A stretch of 43,678 bases of DNA from positions 13,076 to 56,753 of the forward strand of contig DAITNH010000001.1 in the NCBI GenBank assembly GCA_036834745.1. The letters run 5' to 3'. The notes below the pieces were generated by a model, which worked only from the letters and a program-made list of their open reading frames with translations, ran no database searches and had not been told where the DNA came from. A program made the translations under genes and the position numbers. Positions 10,982 to 19,903 of the stretch are shown here, in pieces (the first letter of the stretch is position 1; each line of letters begins with the position of its first letter). The DNA is from Prolixibacteraceae bacterium. GTDB lineage: Bacteria; Bacteroidota; Bacteroidia; Bacteroidales; Prolixibacteraceae.

Positions 10982-11108
10982 ATGAGAACAAAAGTCCATC
11001 CCAATCGGTTCTTGTTGTCTCAATGGATTCTCTGGAATAAAATCGACTTTTTACCAATTGGGAAGTCCTTATTTATAACAATGGTAATTTTTAAAACCGA
11101 TTGAACTT

Positions 11109-13526
11109 ATGTATCTTGAAAAAGTATCTCTGGTGGAAATTAAAGAAGAAATGATTGCGACCATATTAAACGATTATTTCCTGGTCTGTTTGAGCCGGCA
11201 GTTGAGCCTTTTGGGAAGAAGAGAGGTACACAATGGCCGGGCACATTTTGGAATCTTTGGAGATGGGAAGGAACTGGCCCAGGTTGCCTTTGCCAAAACA
11301 TTCAGAAAAGGCGACTGGCGATCGGGGTACTACAGGGACCAAACATTTATGCTGGCATTGGATTTACTGAATCCTGAAGAGTTTTTTGCCATGATGTACG
11401 GTAATACAGACGCAGATTTAAATCCTTCAACCGGAGGACGAAACTTCAACAATCATTTCAGTACTTCAAATATAAATCCCGATGGTCAAATTCAAAATCT
11501 GATGGAGCAATTCAATTCTGCTTCAGACATTTCGCCAACCGCCGGGCAAATGCCGCGGCTGCTGGGGCTTGCCCAGGCTTCGAAAATGGTAAGGCAAAAT
11601 CCGGAATTGAAAAAGCACCTTCAGAACAATGTAGATGGAAATGAAGTGGCGTTTGGTTCTATTGGCGACGCAAGCACTTCCGAAGGAATGTTTTTTGAAA
11701 CAATCAATGCTGCTGCGGTGATGCAGGTTCCGTTGGCTGTGGCGGTGTATGATGACGGTTTTGGAATTAGCGTGCCGATTGAGTTGCAAACAACAAAATC
11801 AAGCATTTCAAAAGCATTAAAAGGTTTTGAAAATGACAATGGCAACAACGGAATTTCAATTTATACCTGTAAAGGATGGGATTACCCAAAGCTGGTACAA
11901 ACATTTTCAGAAGGCATTGATCACTGCCGCCGAAGCCAAAATCCGGCATTGTTTCACATTCAGGAATTAACCCAACCTCTTGGGCATTCCACCTCCGGAT
12001 CGCATGAGCATTATAAATCAAAAGACCGGCTTGCATGGGAAAACGAGTTTGATTGTTTGGTTCAATTTAGAAAATGGTTGCTCGAAACCGGGAAAGCTGA
12101 TCAGGATACACTTTCGGAAATTGAAACCAGAGCTGCCAAAACTGCTCAAAATGCACGCGACAAGGCATGGAAACATTATACGAATAACTTTTCGGCGGAA
12201 ACAAAATCGCTGACCCATATTGCCGATCAAATCAATCTTTTATCACTGGGAAAATTTAATTATACGGATGAACTTAAAACCCTAACAGCCAAGACATTTC
12301 AAACCAGACGTGCTTTTTACAGTTTTGCCAAACGGATTCTTTTTGAAACGCATGGTATAAATGACCTGACAGATGAACGGGATAAACTTATCGGATGGTC
12401 CGAAAAATTCGCAGAACAAAACAGAAAGTTTTATAACACAAACCTTTACAGAGAAGGCAAAGATTCGGCACTTCAGGTAAAAGCTGTTTCTGTCAGGTAT
12501 CCGGACAACCCATTACAGGTAAACGGTTCACAAATTCTCAATCAGAACTTTGATGCACTGTTCGAAAATCACCCGAACTTAATCACTTTTGGTGAGGATA
12601 CCGGAATGCTGGGCGATGTAAACCAGGGCATGAAAGGCATGCAGGCCAAATACGGGGCGTCCCGGGTTTTTGATACCGGAATACGCGAAACAACCATTAT
12701 CGGACAGGGAATCGGACTGGCGCTGAGAGGGTTTCGCCCGATTGCAGAGATTCAATACCTCGATTATTTAATCTACGCGCAATCAACTTTAAGCGATGAT
12801 CTGGCCTGTATGCAATACCGCACTTTAGGGAAACAGTCGGCTCCGCTTATCATCCGAACACGGGGACATCAATTGCAGGGAATCTGGCATGCCGGCTCGC
12901 CCATACAGCTCATTCTGGGTTCCATGCGGGGAATTTATCTTTGCGTTCCGCGAAACATGACCCAGGCTGCCGGATTCTATAACACCTTGCTCGAAGCAAA
13001 TGATCCTGCCCTTGTGATTGAACCATTGAAAGGATACAATCAGAAAGAACTACTGCCATCGAACATTGGAGAGTTTAGAGTACCACTGGGTGTTCCTGAA
13101 ATCGTGCATAAAGGAACTGACATAACAGCGGTGACTTACGGGTGGAATGTGCATCATGTTTTGAAAGCAGCTCATCTCCTGAAAGAAATTAAAAACATTT
13201 CAGTTGAAGTCATTGATGTCCAAACGCTCATGCCTTTCGATGTGAATCATCTGATACTGGAATCTGTAAAAAAGACCAACAAAGTGATTTTTATTGACGA
13301 GGATGTTCCCGGAGGTGGAACCGCATACATGATGCAAAAAGTATTGCAGGAGCAAAAGGTATTCAATTATCTGGAAACCGCCCCGCGAACCTTGTCTGCC
13401 ATGGAACATCGTCCGGCTTACGGAATCGACGGGGAATACTTCACAAAACCAAACGTCGAATTAATTTTCGAAAACATCTATCAAATGATGCACGAAGTAA
13501 ACGTAAAAGGCTTCCCCTTGCTGTAG
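11109..13526 (+). CDS. Fused E1 alpha/beta 2-oxoacid (probably branched-chain) dehydrogenase, TPP-dependent
   Basis: 'GDGKELAQ', 'SGYYRDQT', TPP motif 'GDASTSEG...', 'GHSTSGSH', beta part 'GEDTG', 'RPIAEIQYLDY'. Confidence 0.9.
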   Translation: MYLEKVSLVEIKEEMIATILNDYFLVCLSRQLSLLGRREVHNGRAHFGIFGDGKELAQVAFAKTFRKGDWRSGYYRDQTFMLALDLLNPEEFFAMMYGNTDADLNPSTGGRNFNNHFSTSNINPDGQIQNLMEQFNSASDISPTAGQMPRLLGLAQASKMVRQNPELKKHLQNNVDGNEVAFGSIGDASTSEGMFFETINAAAVMQVPLAVAVYDDGFGISVPIELQTTKSSISKALKGFENDNGNNGISIYTCKGWDYPKLVQTFSEGIDHCRRSQNPALFHIQELTQPLGHSTSGSHEHYKSKDRLAWENEFDCLVQFRKWLLETGKADQDTLSEIETRAAKTAQNARDKAWKHYTNNFSAETKSLTHIADQINLLSLGKFNYTDELKTLTAKTFQTRRAFYSFAKRILFETHGINDLTDERDKLIGWSEKFAEQNRKFYNTNLYREGKDSALQVKAVSVRYPDNPLQVNGSQILNQNFDALFENHPNLITFGEDTGMLGDVNQGMKGMQAKYGASRVFDTGIRETTIIGQGIGLALRGFRPIAEIQYLDYLIYAQSTLSDDLACMQYRTLGKQSAPLIIRTRGHQLQGIWHAGSPIQLILGSMRGIYLCVPRNMTQAAGFYNTLLEANDPALVIEPLKGYNQKELLPSNIGEFRVPLGVPEIVHKGTDITAVTYGWNVHHVLKAAHLLKEIKNISVEVIDVQTLMPFDVNHLILESVKKTNKVIFIDEDVPGGGTAYMMQKVLQEQKVFNYLETAPRTLSAMEHRPAYGIDGEYFTKPNVELIFENIYQMMHEVNVKGFPLL

Positions 13527-13611
13527 TTCTTTTTGATATTACCGTTAAAGAACTAACCATTTTGCAAGCTCAGCACAAGCATTTGAAAATGAATTTGAAG
13601 CAAAAAAAAGC

Positions 13612-13670
13612 AAATCAGCTTAGTTTCAGGATGCATTTACACAACATGCATACTGAAATAAAGCTGATTT
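13612..13670. terminator. Long imperfect hairpin (25-bp stem) between convergent genes
   Basis: AAATCAGCTTAGTTTCAGGATGCAT / ATGCATACTGAAATAAAGCTGATTT, 3 non-Watson-Crick positions, directly after the sulfatase stop. Confidence 0.65.
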
Positions 13671-13671
13671 C

Positions 13672-15267
13672 TTAATCCTTTGTGACCTGACTTCCCCACC
13701 AGTTATTTTTCGGGTCAAAATCCTTCGATAGAAAATTAAGCCGTTGTTTCTCCAACTGCGGAAGCCTGTTTTTTACAATTCCATCCAAATATTTTCGTTC
13801 AGCTTCGGCTGAATATTCCGGATCCTTTTCAGGAAATCTGGCGCCAACCTCCTTCAGATAATCAAACAATTCTTTGTGCAATTGACTGGCCAGTTTTTGA
13901 TGGTTGCCTGAAACATCGCTGGTTTCTGAAAGGTCCGTTTTCAAATTGTACAATTCATCGCGGCCATCTTCGTAATAATGAATCAGTTTCCAGTCACCTT
14001 TCCTGATGATGGAAGAGGGTTCACCTCCCTGATTTCCATAGTGCGGATAATGCCAGATCAATGCTCGTTCATGCAGTTGCTTACCTTTCAGCAAGGGAAC
14101 CAGACTGACACCATCCGAATGTTCTTCGAGTCTTTGTTTTAATCCGGCCAATTCAAGAATGGTCGGATAAAAATCCGTTCCTGAAACCGGGGTGTCACAT
14201 TTTTCACCTCCTTTTGTAAGTCCCGGTACTTTTATGAAATAAGGTTCACGGATTCCTCCTTCGAACTGGTAACCTTTTCCGGCGCGCAGTGGAAGGTTCG
14301 ATGTTGCAAATGCATCACCGGCAGCAACGCCGCCGTTATCGGAAGTAAATATGACAATGGTATTCTCATTGAGTCCCAAATCTTTCAGCGAGTTCAGCAC
14401 TAATCCAACTGCATCGTCCATCTGCTCCACCAATCCTGCATAAACCGGATTATCCTGAACCTGACGGATGGGAAGGAAATGCCCCATTTTAAATCCTGAC
14501 GGCGCAATGCCCGAATTTTCAGCCTTTTGCCGGTATTTACTCCATTTTTCGTGTGCGGTTTCAATGGGCCCGTGCACTGCATAAAACGACAGGTAGGCAA
14601 ACACCGGTTTCCCTGTTTGCTTCGGATTATTTTCTTTTAGAAATTCGACAGTTTCCTGTGCCAGTCGCATCGAAAGGTTTTCTCCATCCTTACCATCCTG
14701 AAGTTTGGGATTTTCGTAAGGTGAGAAATACCCGCCTTTGGGGCTGCCGGCATCCCATCCACCTACATTGATGTCGAATCCATGATCTTCAGGCCAGGAA
14801 CCCTTTTCGCCCAGATGCCATTTCCCGGCAAAAAAAGTTTTATAGCCAGCCTGTTTCATTGCTTCGGGCAAAGTGACATATCCAGATGGCAAACTATGAA
14901 CATATTCAGGAGGCAATAATTGACTGAACCGTTTTGCATCTCTCCATTGTTCTCCTGAAGGAGCCCCAATCCAATCGGTGATTCCGTGCCTTGCCGGAAA
15001 TTTACCAGACATGATGCTTGCCCGCGATGGGCTGCAAACCTGACAAGCCGCATAACCATTGGTGAATACCATTCCCTGGCTGGCAATTTTGTCGATGTTG
15101 GGCGTTTCGTAAAATTTGCTTCCCGAGCAACTCAAGTCATGATAGCCAAAATCATCGGCCAGAATGAAAAGTACATTTGGTTTTTTCTCCGGTTTATTTG
15201 CCGAAAGCGATAAAAGGGGCAAGAACCCAATGCTTGTTAAAACTGATACCCGACTGATAACGTTCAT
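13672..15267 (-). CDS. Formylglycine-dependent sulfatase (S1 family), secreted
   Basis: 'PNVLFILADD', 'CSPSRASIMSG' (CxPxR), 'GKWHLG', 'SDNGG', 'PLRAGK'. Confidence 0.93.
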   Translation of the reverse strand: MNVISRVSVLTSIGFLPLLSLSANKPEKKPNVLFILADDFGYHDLSCSGSKFYETPNIDKIASQGMVFTNGYAACQVCSPSRASIMSGKFPARHGITDWIGAPSGEQWRDAKRFSQLLPPEYVHSLPSGYVTLPEAMKQAGYKTFFAGKWHLGEKGSWPEDHGFDINVGGWDAGSPKGGYFSPYENPKLQDGKDGENLSMRLAQETVEFLKENNPKQTGKPVFAYLSFYAVHGPIETAHEKWSKYRQKAENSGIAPSGFKMGHFLPIRQVQDNPVYAGLVEQMDDAVGLVLNSLKDLGLNENTIVIFTSDNGGVAAGDAFATSNLPLRAGKGYQFEGGIREPYFIKVPGLTKGGEKCDTPVSGTDFYPTILELAGLKQRLEEHSDGVSLVPLLKGKQLHERALIWHYPHYGNQGGEPSSIIRKGDWKLIHYYEDGRDELYNLKTDLSETSDVSGNHQKLASQLHKELFDYLKEVGARFPEKDPEYSAEAERKYLDGIVKNRLPQLEKQRLNFLSKDFDPKNNWWGSQVTKD

Positions 15268-15269
15268 AG

Positions 15270-16805
15270 TTATTTTAGTTCTAATTGTTCAATTTTCTGA
15301 GATTCGATTCCACGTAAACTTTCAAAGGTTTTTATCATCTCCTGAAGTTTTTCAGGCTCCGATATTGCCAGATTGTACTGCTGACCAATGTCTTCTTTCA
15401 GGTTATACAATTGAAATTCTTTTGAATTTCCCAGTTCAATATTTACCTGAGTTTGCTTTGCAGGCCCTTTGTATGGAGGTATCATCACCCAATCGCCTTT
15501 GCGCAAAGCAGTTCTGGAAGTGGCCTCCAGCACAAGTTCTTCGCGACCTTGCTGACTTTTACCCATCAATACCTCCAACAATTCCTGGCTGTCGGGCACT
15601 GTTGTTTCGCTGCCTGCCAATTTGGCCAGAGATGATAACAAATCGACGTGCGAAACAAGCGCATCCGAAACCGCTGGTTCGATTTTTCCTTTCCAGTAAG
15701 CCATGAATGGAACCCTTGTTCCTGCTTCGAACAAACTGTATTTTCCACCGCGGAGTGGTCCGGCAGGTTTATGATCGCCCAGTTTTTCAACCGCATCGTC
15801 GTAATAGCCATCGTTTACTACCGGTCCGTTATCGCTTGAAAAAATAATCAGCGTGTTCTCAAGCAGTCCCTCTGTTTCGAGCGTTTTTATCAATTCACCC
15901 ACGCACCAGTCTGCTTCTACAATGGCATCGCCTCGTGGCCCCATACCGGAAGTTCCAACAAAACGCTGATTTGGAGTGCGGGGAACGTGTGGTTGCTGCA
16001 AAGCGTAATAAAGAAAAAACGGCTTGCTTTTGTTTTCCTGAATGTATTGCTGTGCTTTACCAAGAAACGTATCCGACATATCCTCATCAATCCATAAAGC
16101 CGATTTCCCGCCTTTTTGAAAACCAATGCGGGGTATTCCGTTGTGAATGGAATTGTTGTGTCCGTGGTGCCATTTCATGGTGCACAATTCCGGGTTATCA
16201 AGTCCGGTAGGTTCCCCTTCGAAATTCTTTTCATAATCAACAAATAGAGGATCTTCCTTTTCCAAACCTGCAACCAATCCATTTTCAAGAAAAACCGTTG
16301 GCGTTCTGTCTTGCGTTGCGGCCATGATAAAAGCATAATCAAAACCAACTTCGTTTGGCCCGGGTGAAATCCTTTGATTCCAGTCCACCATTCCGCTGCC
16401 AAGGCCAAGATGCCATTTACCAACAACACCGGTGTAATATCCCTTTTCCTTTAACATTTTAGGGATGGTCATCTGTGCAGTATCAATGATCAAAGCCGCA
16501 GAACCGGGTAATATTTTTGCATCGGAGTTCCGCCAGGGATATTGGCCTGTCAGCAATGCATACCGACTTGGAGTGCAGGTGGCTGATGTCGCATAGCCAT
16601 TGGTAAACCGAACGCCCCCATTAGCCAGCATATCAATGTTTGGCGTTTTTAACCGGGTTGCGCCATAAGCGCCTACATCGCCGTAGCCCAAATCATCGGC
16701 ATAAATAATTACGATATTCGGCAGTTGGGCTGTTGTTTCCTTTTTTGCCTGTGTACAGGCTGCGACTGTGGCAAGGCATGTTGTGGCAAGAAGTATGTTT
16801 TTCAT
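15270..16805 (-). CDS. Arylsulfatase (S1 family), lipoprotein
   Basis: Lipobox 'VAAC'; 'PNIVIIYADD', 'CTPSRYALLTG', 'GKWHLG', 'SDNG'. Confidence 0.93.
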   Translation of the reverse strand: MKNILLATTCLATVAACTQAKKETTAQLPNIVIIYADDLGYGDVGAYGATRLKTPNIDMLANGGVRFTNGYATSATCTPSRYALLTGQYPWRNSDAKILPGSAALIIDTAQMTIPKMLKEKGYYTGVVGKWHLGLGSGMVDWNQRISPGPNEVGFDYAFIMAATQDRTPTVFLENGLVAGLEKEDPLFVDYEKNFEGEPTGLDNPELCTMKWHHGHNNSIHNGIPRIGFQKGGKSALWIDEDMSDTFLGKAQQYIQENKSKPFFLYYALQQPHVPRTPNQRFVGTSGMGPRGDAIVEADWCVGELIKTLETEGLLENTLIIFSSDNGPVVNDGYYDDAVEKLGDHKPAGPLRGGKYSLFEAGTRVPFMAYWKGKIEPAVSDALVSHVDLLSSLAKLAGSETTVPDSQELLEVLMGKSQQGREELVLEATSRTALRKGDWVMIPPYKGPAKQTQVNIELGNSKEFQLYNLKEDIGQQYNLAISEPEKLQEMIKTFESLRGIESQKIEQLELK

Positions 16806-17045
16806 ATTTACAGATTATAAAAGTTTAAAGATATATTTTCCGGTTTATTTCAGTGTCCATTCGGTTGACCATTTTATTACAAGAATTCACCTGAATTTTC
16901 GATATTTGCAGGAATTAAAATATTTTTGCCCGGAACAATCACAAGGTGGACATGGAATTGTTCCCTGCGGTACAAAATGCTTCCCCATCTGTTTATTAGC
17001 AGGTATGAATTAAAACTGAATTAACCCAAACCAACTAAACAAGGC

Positions 17046-18542
17046 ATGCAACTACCTCTGTTAGACCTTATTGTTTTCATTGTACTGACATTCGGAAATG
17101 TTCTGTTCGGTGCCAGTTTTTACTTCAAAAACAAGGATTCATCCCAATTTACTTCAGGAGGCGGTAAACTTCCGGCCTGGGTGGTCGGAATGTCAATATT
17201 TGCAACTTTTGTAAGCAGTATCAGTTTTCTGGCCTTGCCCGGAAAGGCTTACATGACCAACTGGAATGCTTTTGTTTTCAGCCTTTCCATTCCTATCGCC
17301 TCCATTATGGCTGTTAAGTTTTTTGTTCCGCTATACCGTGGCCTGGGAAGTATTTCGGCCTATAATTACCTTGAAATCCGCTTTGGCGTTTGGGCCCGTA
17401 TTTATGCTTCAGCCTGTTATATGCTTACCCAACTGATGCGCACCGGAGCAATTCTCTTGCTGCTGGCATTGCCACTCAATGCATTGTTCGGATGGAATGT
17501 AACCACAATCATCATTGTCACAGGAATTGCAGTGACCGTTTATTCGATGCTTGGCGGTATAAAAGCAGTTATCTGGACAGATGCCATCCAGGGAATCATA
17601 CTCATTGTGGGTGCTATTGTATGTGCAATTATCTTAACTTTTTCGATGCCTGAAGGTCCCGGACAGATATTTGAAATTGCCGCTGCAAACAATAAATTCA
17701 GCCTCGGGAGTTTTGGACTGAGCCTTGAAGATTCAACATTCTGGGTCGTTTTGATTTACGGATTATTTATTAACCTTCAGAATTACGGTATCGATCAAAA
17801 TTTCGTACAACGATACATGACCACCGGTTCTGAAAAAGAGGCAAAATCATCCGCTTTGTTTGGTTCATTGCTGTATGTCCCTGTTTCGCTGTTGTTCTTT
17901 TACATTGGAACTGCACTTTTTACGTATTATACTGTCCAGCCTGACTTATTGCCAGCCGGGTTGAAACTTCAGGGCGCAGGTGATAAAGTATTCCCATATT
18001 TTATAGTGAACGGACTTCCGGTGGGAATCACCGGATTGCTGATTGCATCCATATTTGCTGCCGGAATGAGCACTGTTTCCACCAGTTTGAACAGCACCGC
18101 AACTTTGGTTTTAACCGATTATTACAAACGGTATTTCAACAAAAATGCCACTGAAAAATCATCAATGAAAGTTCTTTACAGTTCTTCTGTTATATTTGGT
18201 GCAATGGGAATCGGTATCGCCCTTACTTTGGTTGGCGTTGAAAGTGTTTTGGATACATGGTGGGGCCTGGCTTCGATTTTTAGTGGCGGGATGCTCGGTT
18301 TGTTTTTGCTTGGATACCTTTCAAAAAGCGTACGCAACATCGATGCTGCGGTAGGCGTAATCATTGGTGCTCTGGCAATTATCTGGATGAGTTTATCCCC
18401 AATTTATTTTACTGAAGGAAACCTGTTGGCTTTTAAAAGTCCGTTCCACAGCAACCTCACCATTGTTTTTGGAACGATGATTATCTTTTTTGTTGGCTTC
18501 ATTAATATGAAATTCTTTGTTGGGAAACCGAAAACAAAATAA
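17046..18542 (+). CDS. Sodium:solute symporter (SiaT-like sugar-acid transporter subfamily)
   Basis: 'GMSIFATFVSSISFLALPGKAY', 'GGIKAVIWTDAIQ', 'DQNFVQRY', 'AAGMSTVSTSLNS'. Confidence 0.9.
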   Translation: MQLPLLDLIVFIVLTFGNVLFGASFYFKNKDSSQFTSGGGKLPAWVVGMSIFATFVSSISFLALPGKAYMTNWNAFVFSLSIPIASIMAVKFFVPLYRGLGSISAYNYLEIRFGVWARIYASACYMLTQLMRTGAILLLLALPLNALFGWNVTTIIIVTGIAVTVYSMLGGIKAVIWTDAIQGIILIVGAIVCAIILTFSMPEGPGQIFEIAAANNKFSLGSFGLSLEDSTFWVVLIYGLFINLQNYGIDQNFVQRYMTTGSEKEAKSSALFGSLLYVPVSLLFFYIGTALFTYYTVQPDLLPAGLKLQGAGDKVFPYFIVNGLPVGITGLLIASIFAAGMSTVSTSLNSTATLVLTDYYKRYFNKNATEKSSMKVLYSSSVIFGAMGIGIALTLVGVESVLDTWWGLASIFSGGMLGLFLLGYLSKSVRNIDAAVGVIIGALAIIWMSLSPIYFTEGNLLAFKSPFHSNLTIVFGTMIIFFVGFINMKFFVGKPKTK

Positions 18543-18565
18543 ATCAACCATTATGAAACGAGCCA

Positions 18566-18581
18566 TCCCGATTAATCGGGA
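18566..18581. repeat. Perfect 16-bp palindrome TCCCGATTAATCGGGA (short REP-like element)
   Basis: Intergenic; a related TCCCGAG-TT-CTCGGGA lies at 37113-37128. Confidence 0.55.
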
Positions 18582-18643
18582 CACAGAAGCATGATTATCC
18601 CTGGCGAGTTCCATCTGGCAATTAAAAAACAAATTATAAACAG

Positions 18644-19711
18644 ATGAAAACATACATTTCTTTCCTGATGGTAATTGCAGTCATCAGCAGTATTGCCGGC
18701 AACCCATTTAAAGGTTCAGATGCAGTTGTAAAATCAGAATTTATTTACCTGAAACAGGATGTTCAATTTCCCAGTTGTCATGCTTCAACCATTGTTGAAA
18801 CTTCTGAAGGAATGATTGCTGCATGGTTCGGAGGAACAGAAGAAAGAGCACCTGATGTTTGCATCTACACTTCCATCAATCAAAATGGCAAATGGAGTAA
18901 ACCTTTAATGGCGGCAGATGGTATTTATGAAGGGAAGCAATATCCCTGCTGGAATCCGGTTTTATTCAGGAAAGACAATAGTGACGTTGTACTTTATTAC
19001 AAGGTTGGTCCAACTCCACGCGATTGGTGGGGACTTTATAAAACATCCAAAGACAACGGAAAAACATGGTCGGCAGCAACACGGATTCCAAATGATTTGC
19101 TTGGCCCTATAAAGAACAAACCTATGCGTTTGCCTGATGGAAAAATACTCTACCCAACGAGTTTTGAAACCAACGAAATATGGAATTCCTACATGGAAAC
19201 TTCGGATCAGGATTTGAAAAACTGGCAGCGAATCGAACTTGACAATGGCAATTACCAAACCATTCAACCTACTATCCTAACTCACAAAAATGGCATTTTG
19301 CAGTTACTTTTCCGGAGTAAAAATAAAACCATCATCGAATCGTGGTCGCAAGACAATGGACAAACGTGGTCTGCCTTATCTCCAACCACATTGCCAAACA
19401 ACAATTCAGGATTGGATGCAGTTAGCCTTGCCAACGACGATCAGGCCCTTGTTTTTAATCCTGTTACCAAAGGAAGAAACAAACTCGGCATCGCTATTTC
19501 AAAAGATGGAATTGACTGGGAGGCTGCTGTTTTGCTTGAAGATGATTCCAACGCAAAAAGCGAATATTCGTATCCGGCAATCATTCAGGCCAAAAATGGA
19601 TTGATACATGTAACTTATACCTGGAACCGGGAATTGATCAGACATGTGGTTATTGACCCTTCAAAACTAAAAACCAAACCGATTCTCAACGGCCTCTGGC
19701 CCGAAGAGTAA
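18644..19711 (+). CDS. BNR/Asp-box beta-propeller, sialidase-like family protein
   Basis: Signal peptide; 'SCHASTIVE', 'AWFGG', Asp boxes SKDNGKTW, SQDNGQTW, SKDGIDW; 'YSYPAIIQ'; no RIP motif. Confidence 0.85.
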   Translation: MKTYISFLMVIAVISSIAGNPFKGSDAVVKSEFIYLKQDVQFPSCHASTIVETSEGMIAAWFGGTEERAPDVCIYTSINQNGKWSKPLMAADGIYEGKQYPCWNPVLFRKDNSDVVLYYKVGPTPRDWWGLYKTSKDNGKTWSAATRIPNDLLGPIKNKPMRLPDGKILYPTSFETNEIWNSYMETSDQDLKNWQRIELDNGNYQTIQPTILTHKNGILQLLFRSKNKTIIESWSQDNGQTWSALSPTTLPNNNSGLDAVSLANDDQALVFNPVTKGRNKLGIAISKDGIDWEAAVLLEDDSNAKSEYSYPAIIQAKNGLIHVTYTWNRELIRHVVIDPSKLKTKPILNGLWPEE

Positions 19712-19903
19712 ACGTATTACAATCGAATACGATTTCTGCCAGATTTAGAAATTGGCTTGTTCATTTTTCATTACCATGTCAGTTTTATTGAAACCTTATG
19801 CCTGATCGAACAAAATAATCGTTGAAAAAAGTCAATAAATCATCATGAATTTAACTTCGAATCCACTTACTTTACAAGAGAAAGATTAATCCTAAAAACC
19901 AGC

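Noticed and set aside
11109..13526. Fused E1 alpha-beta without adjacent E2/E3 as an unusual system
   Set aside because: The fusion and a dispersed E2/E3 are normal in Bacteroidota.
15164..15706. 180-aa plus-strand ORF and the many other 60-160 aa ORFs nested in or antisense to long genes
   Set aside because: Shadow frames of well-supported genes, with no recognisable motifs.
16768..17013. 81-aa Cys-containing ORF between the sulfatase and the SSS gene
   Set aside because: It overlaps the sulfatase start, occupies the divergent promoter region and has no family motif.
18553..18594. Mini-ORF MKRAIPINRDTEA* after the SSS gene as a leader peptide
   Set aside because: 13 codons, explained largely by the embedded palindrome, with no attenuator structure or telling codon run.
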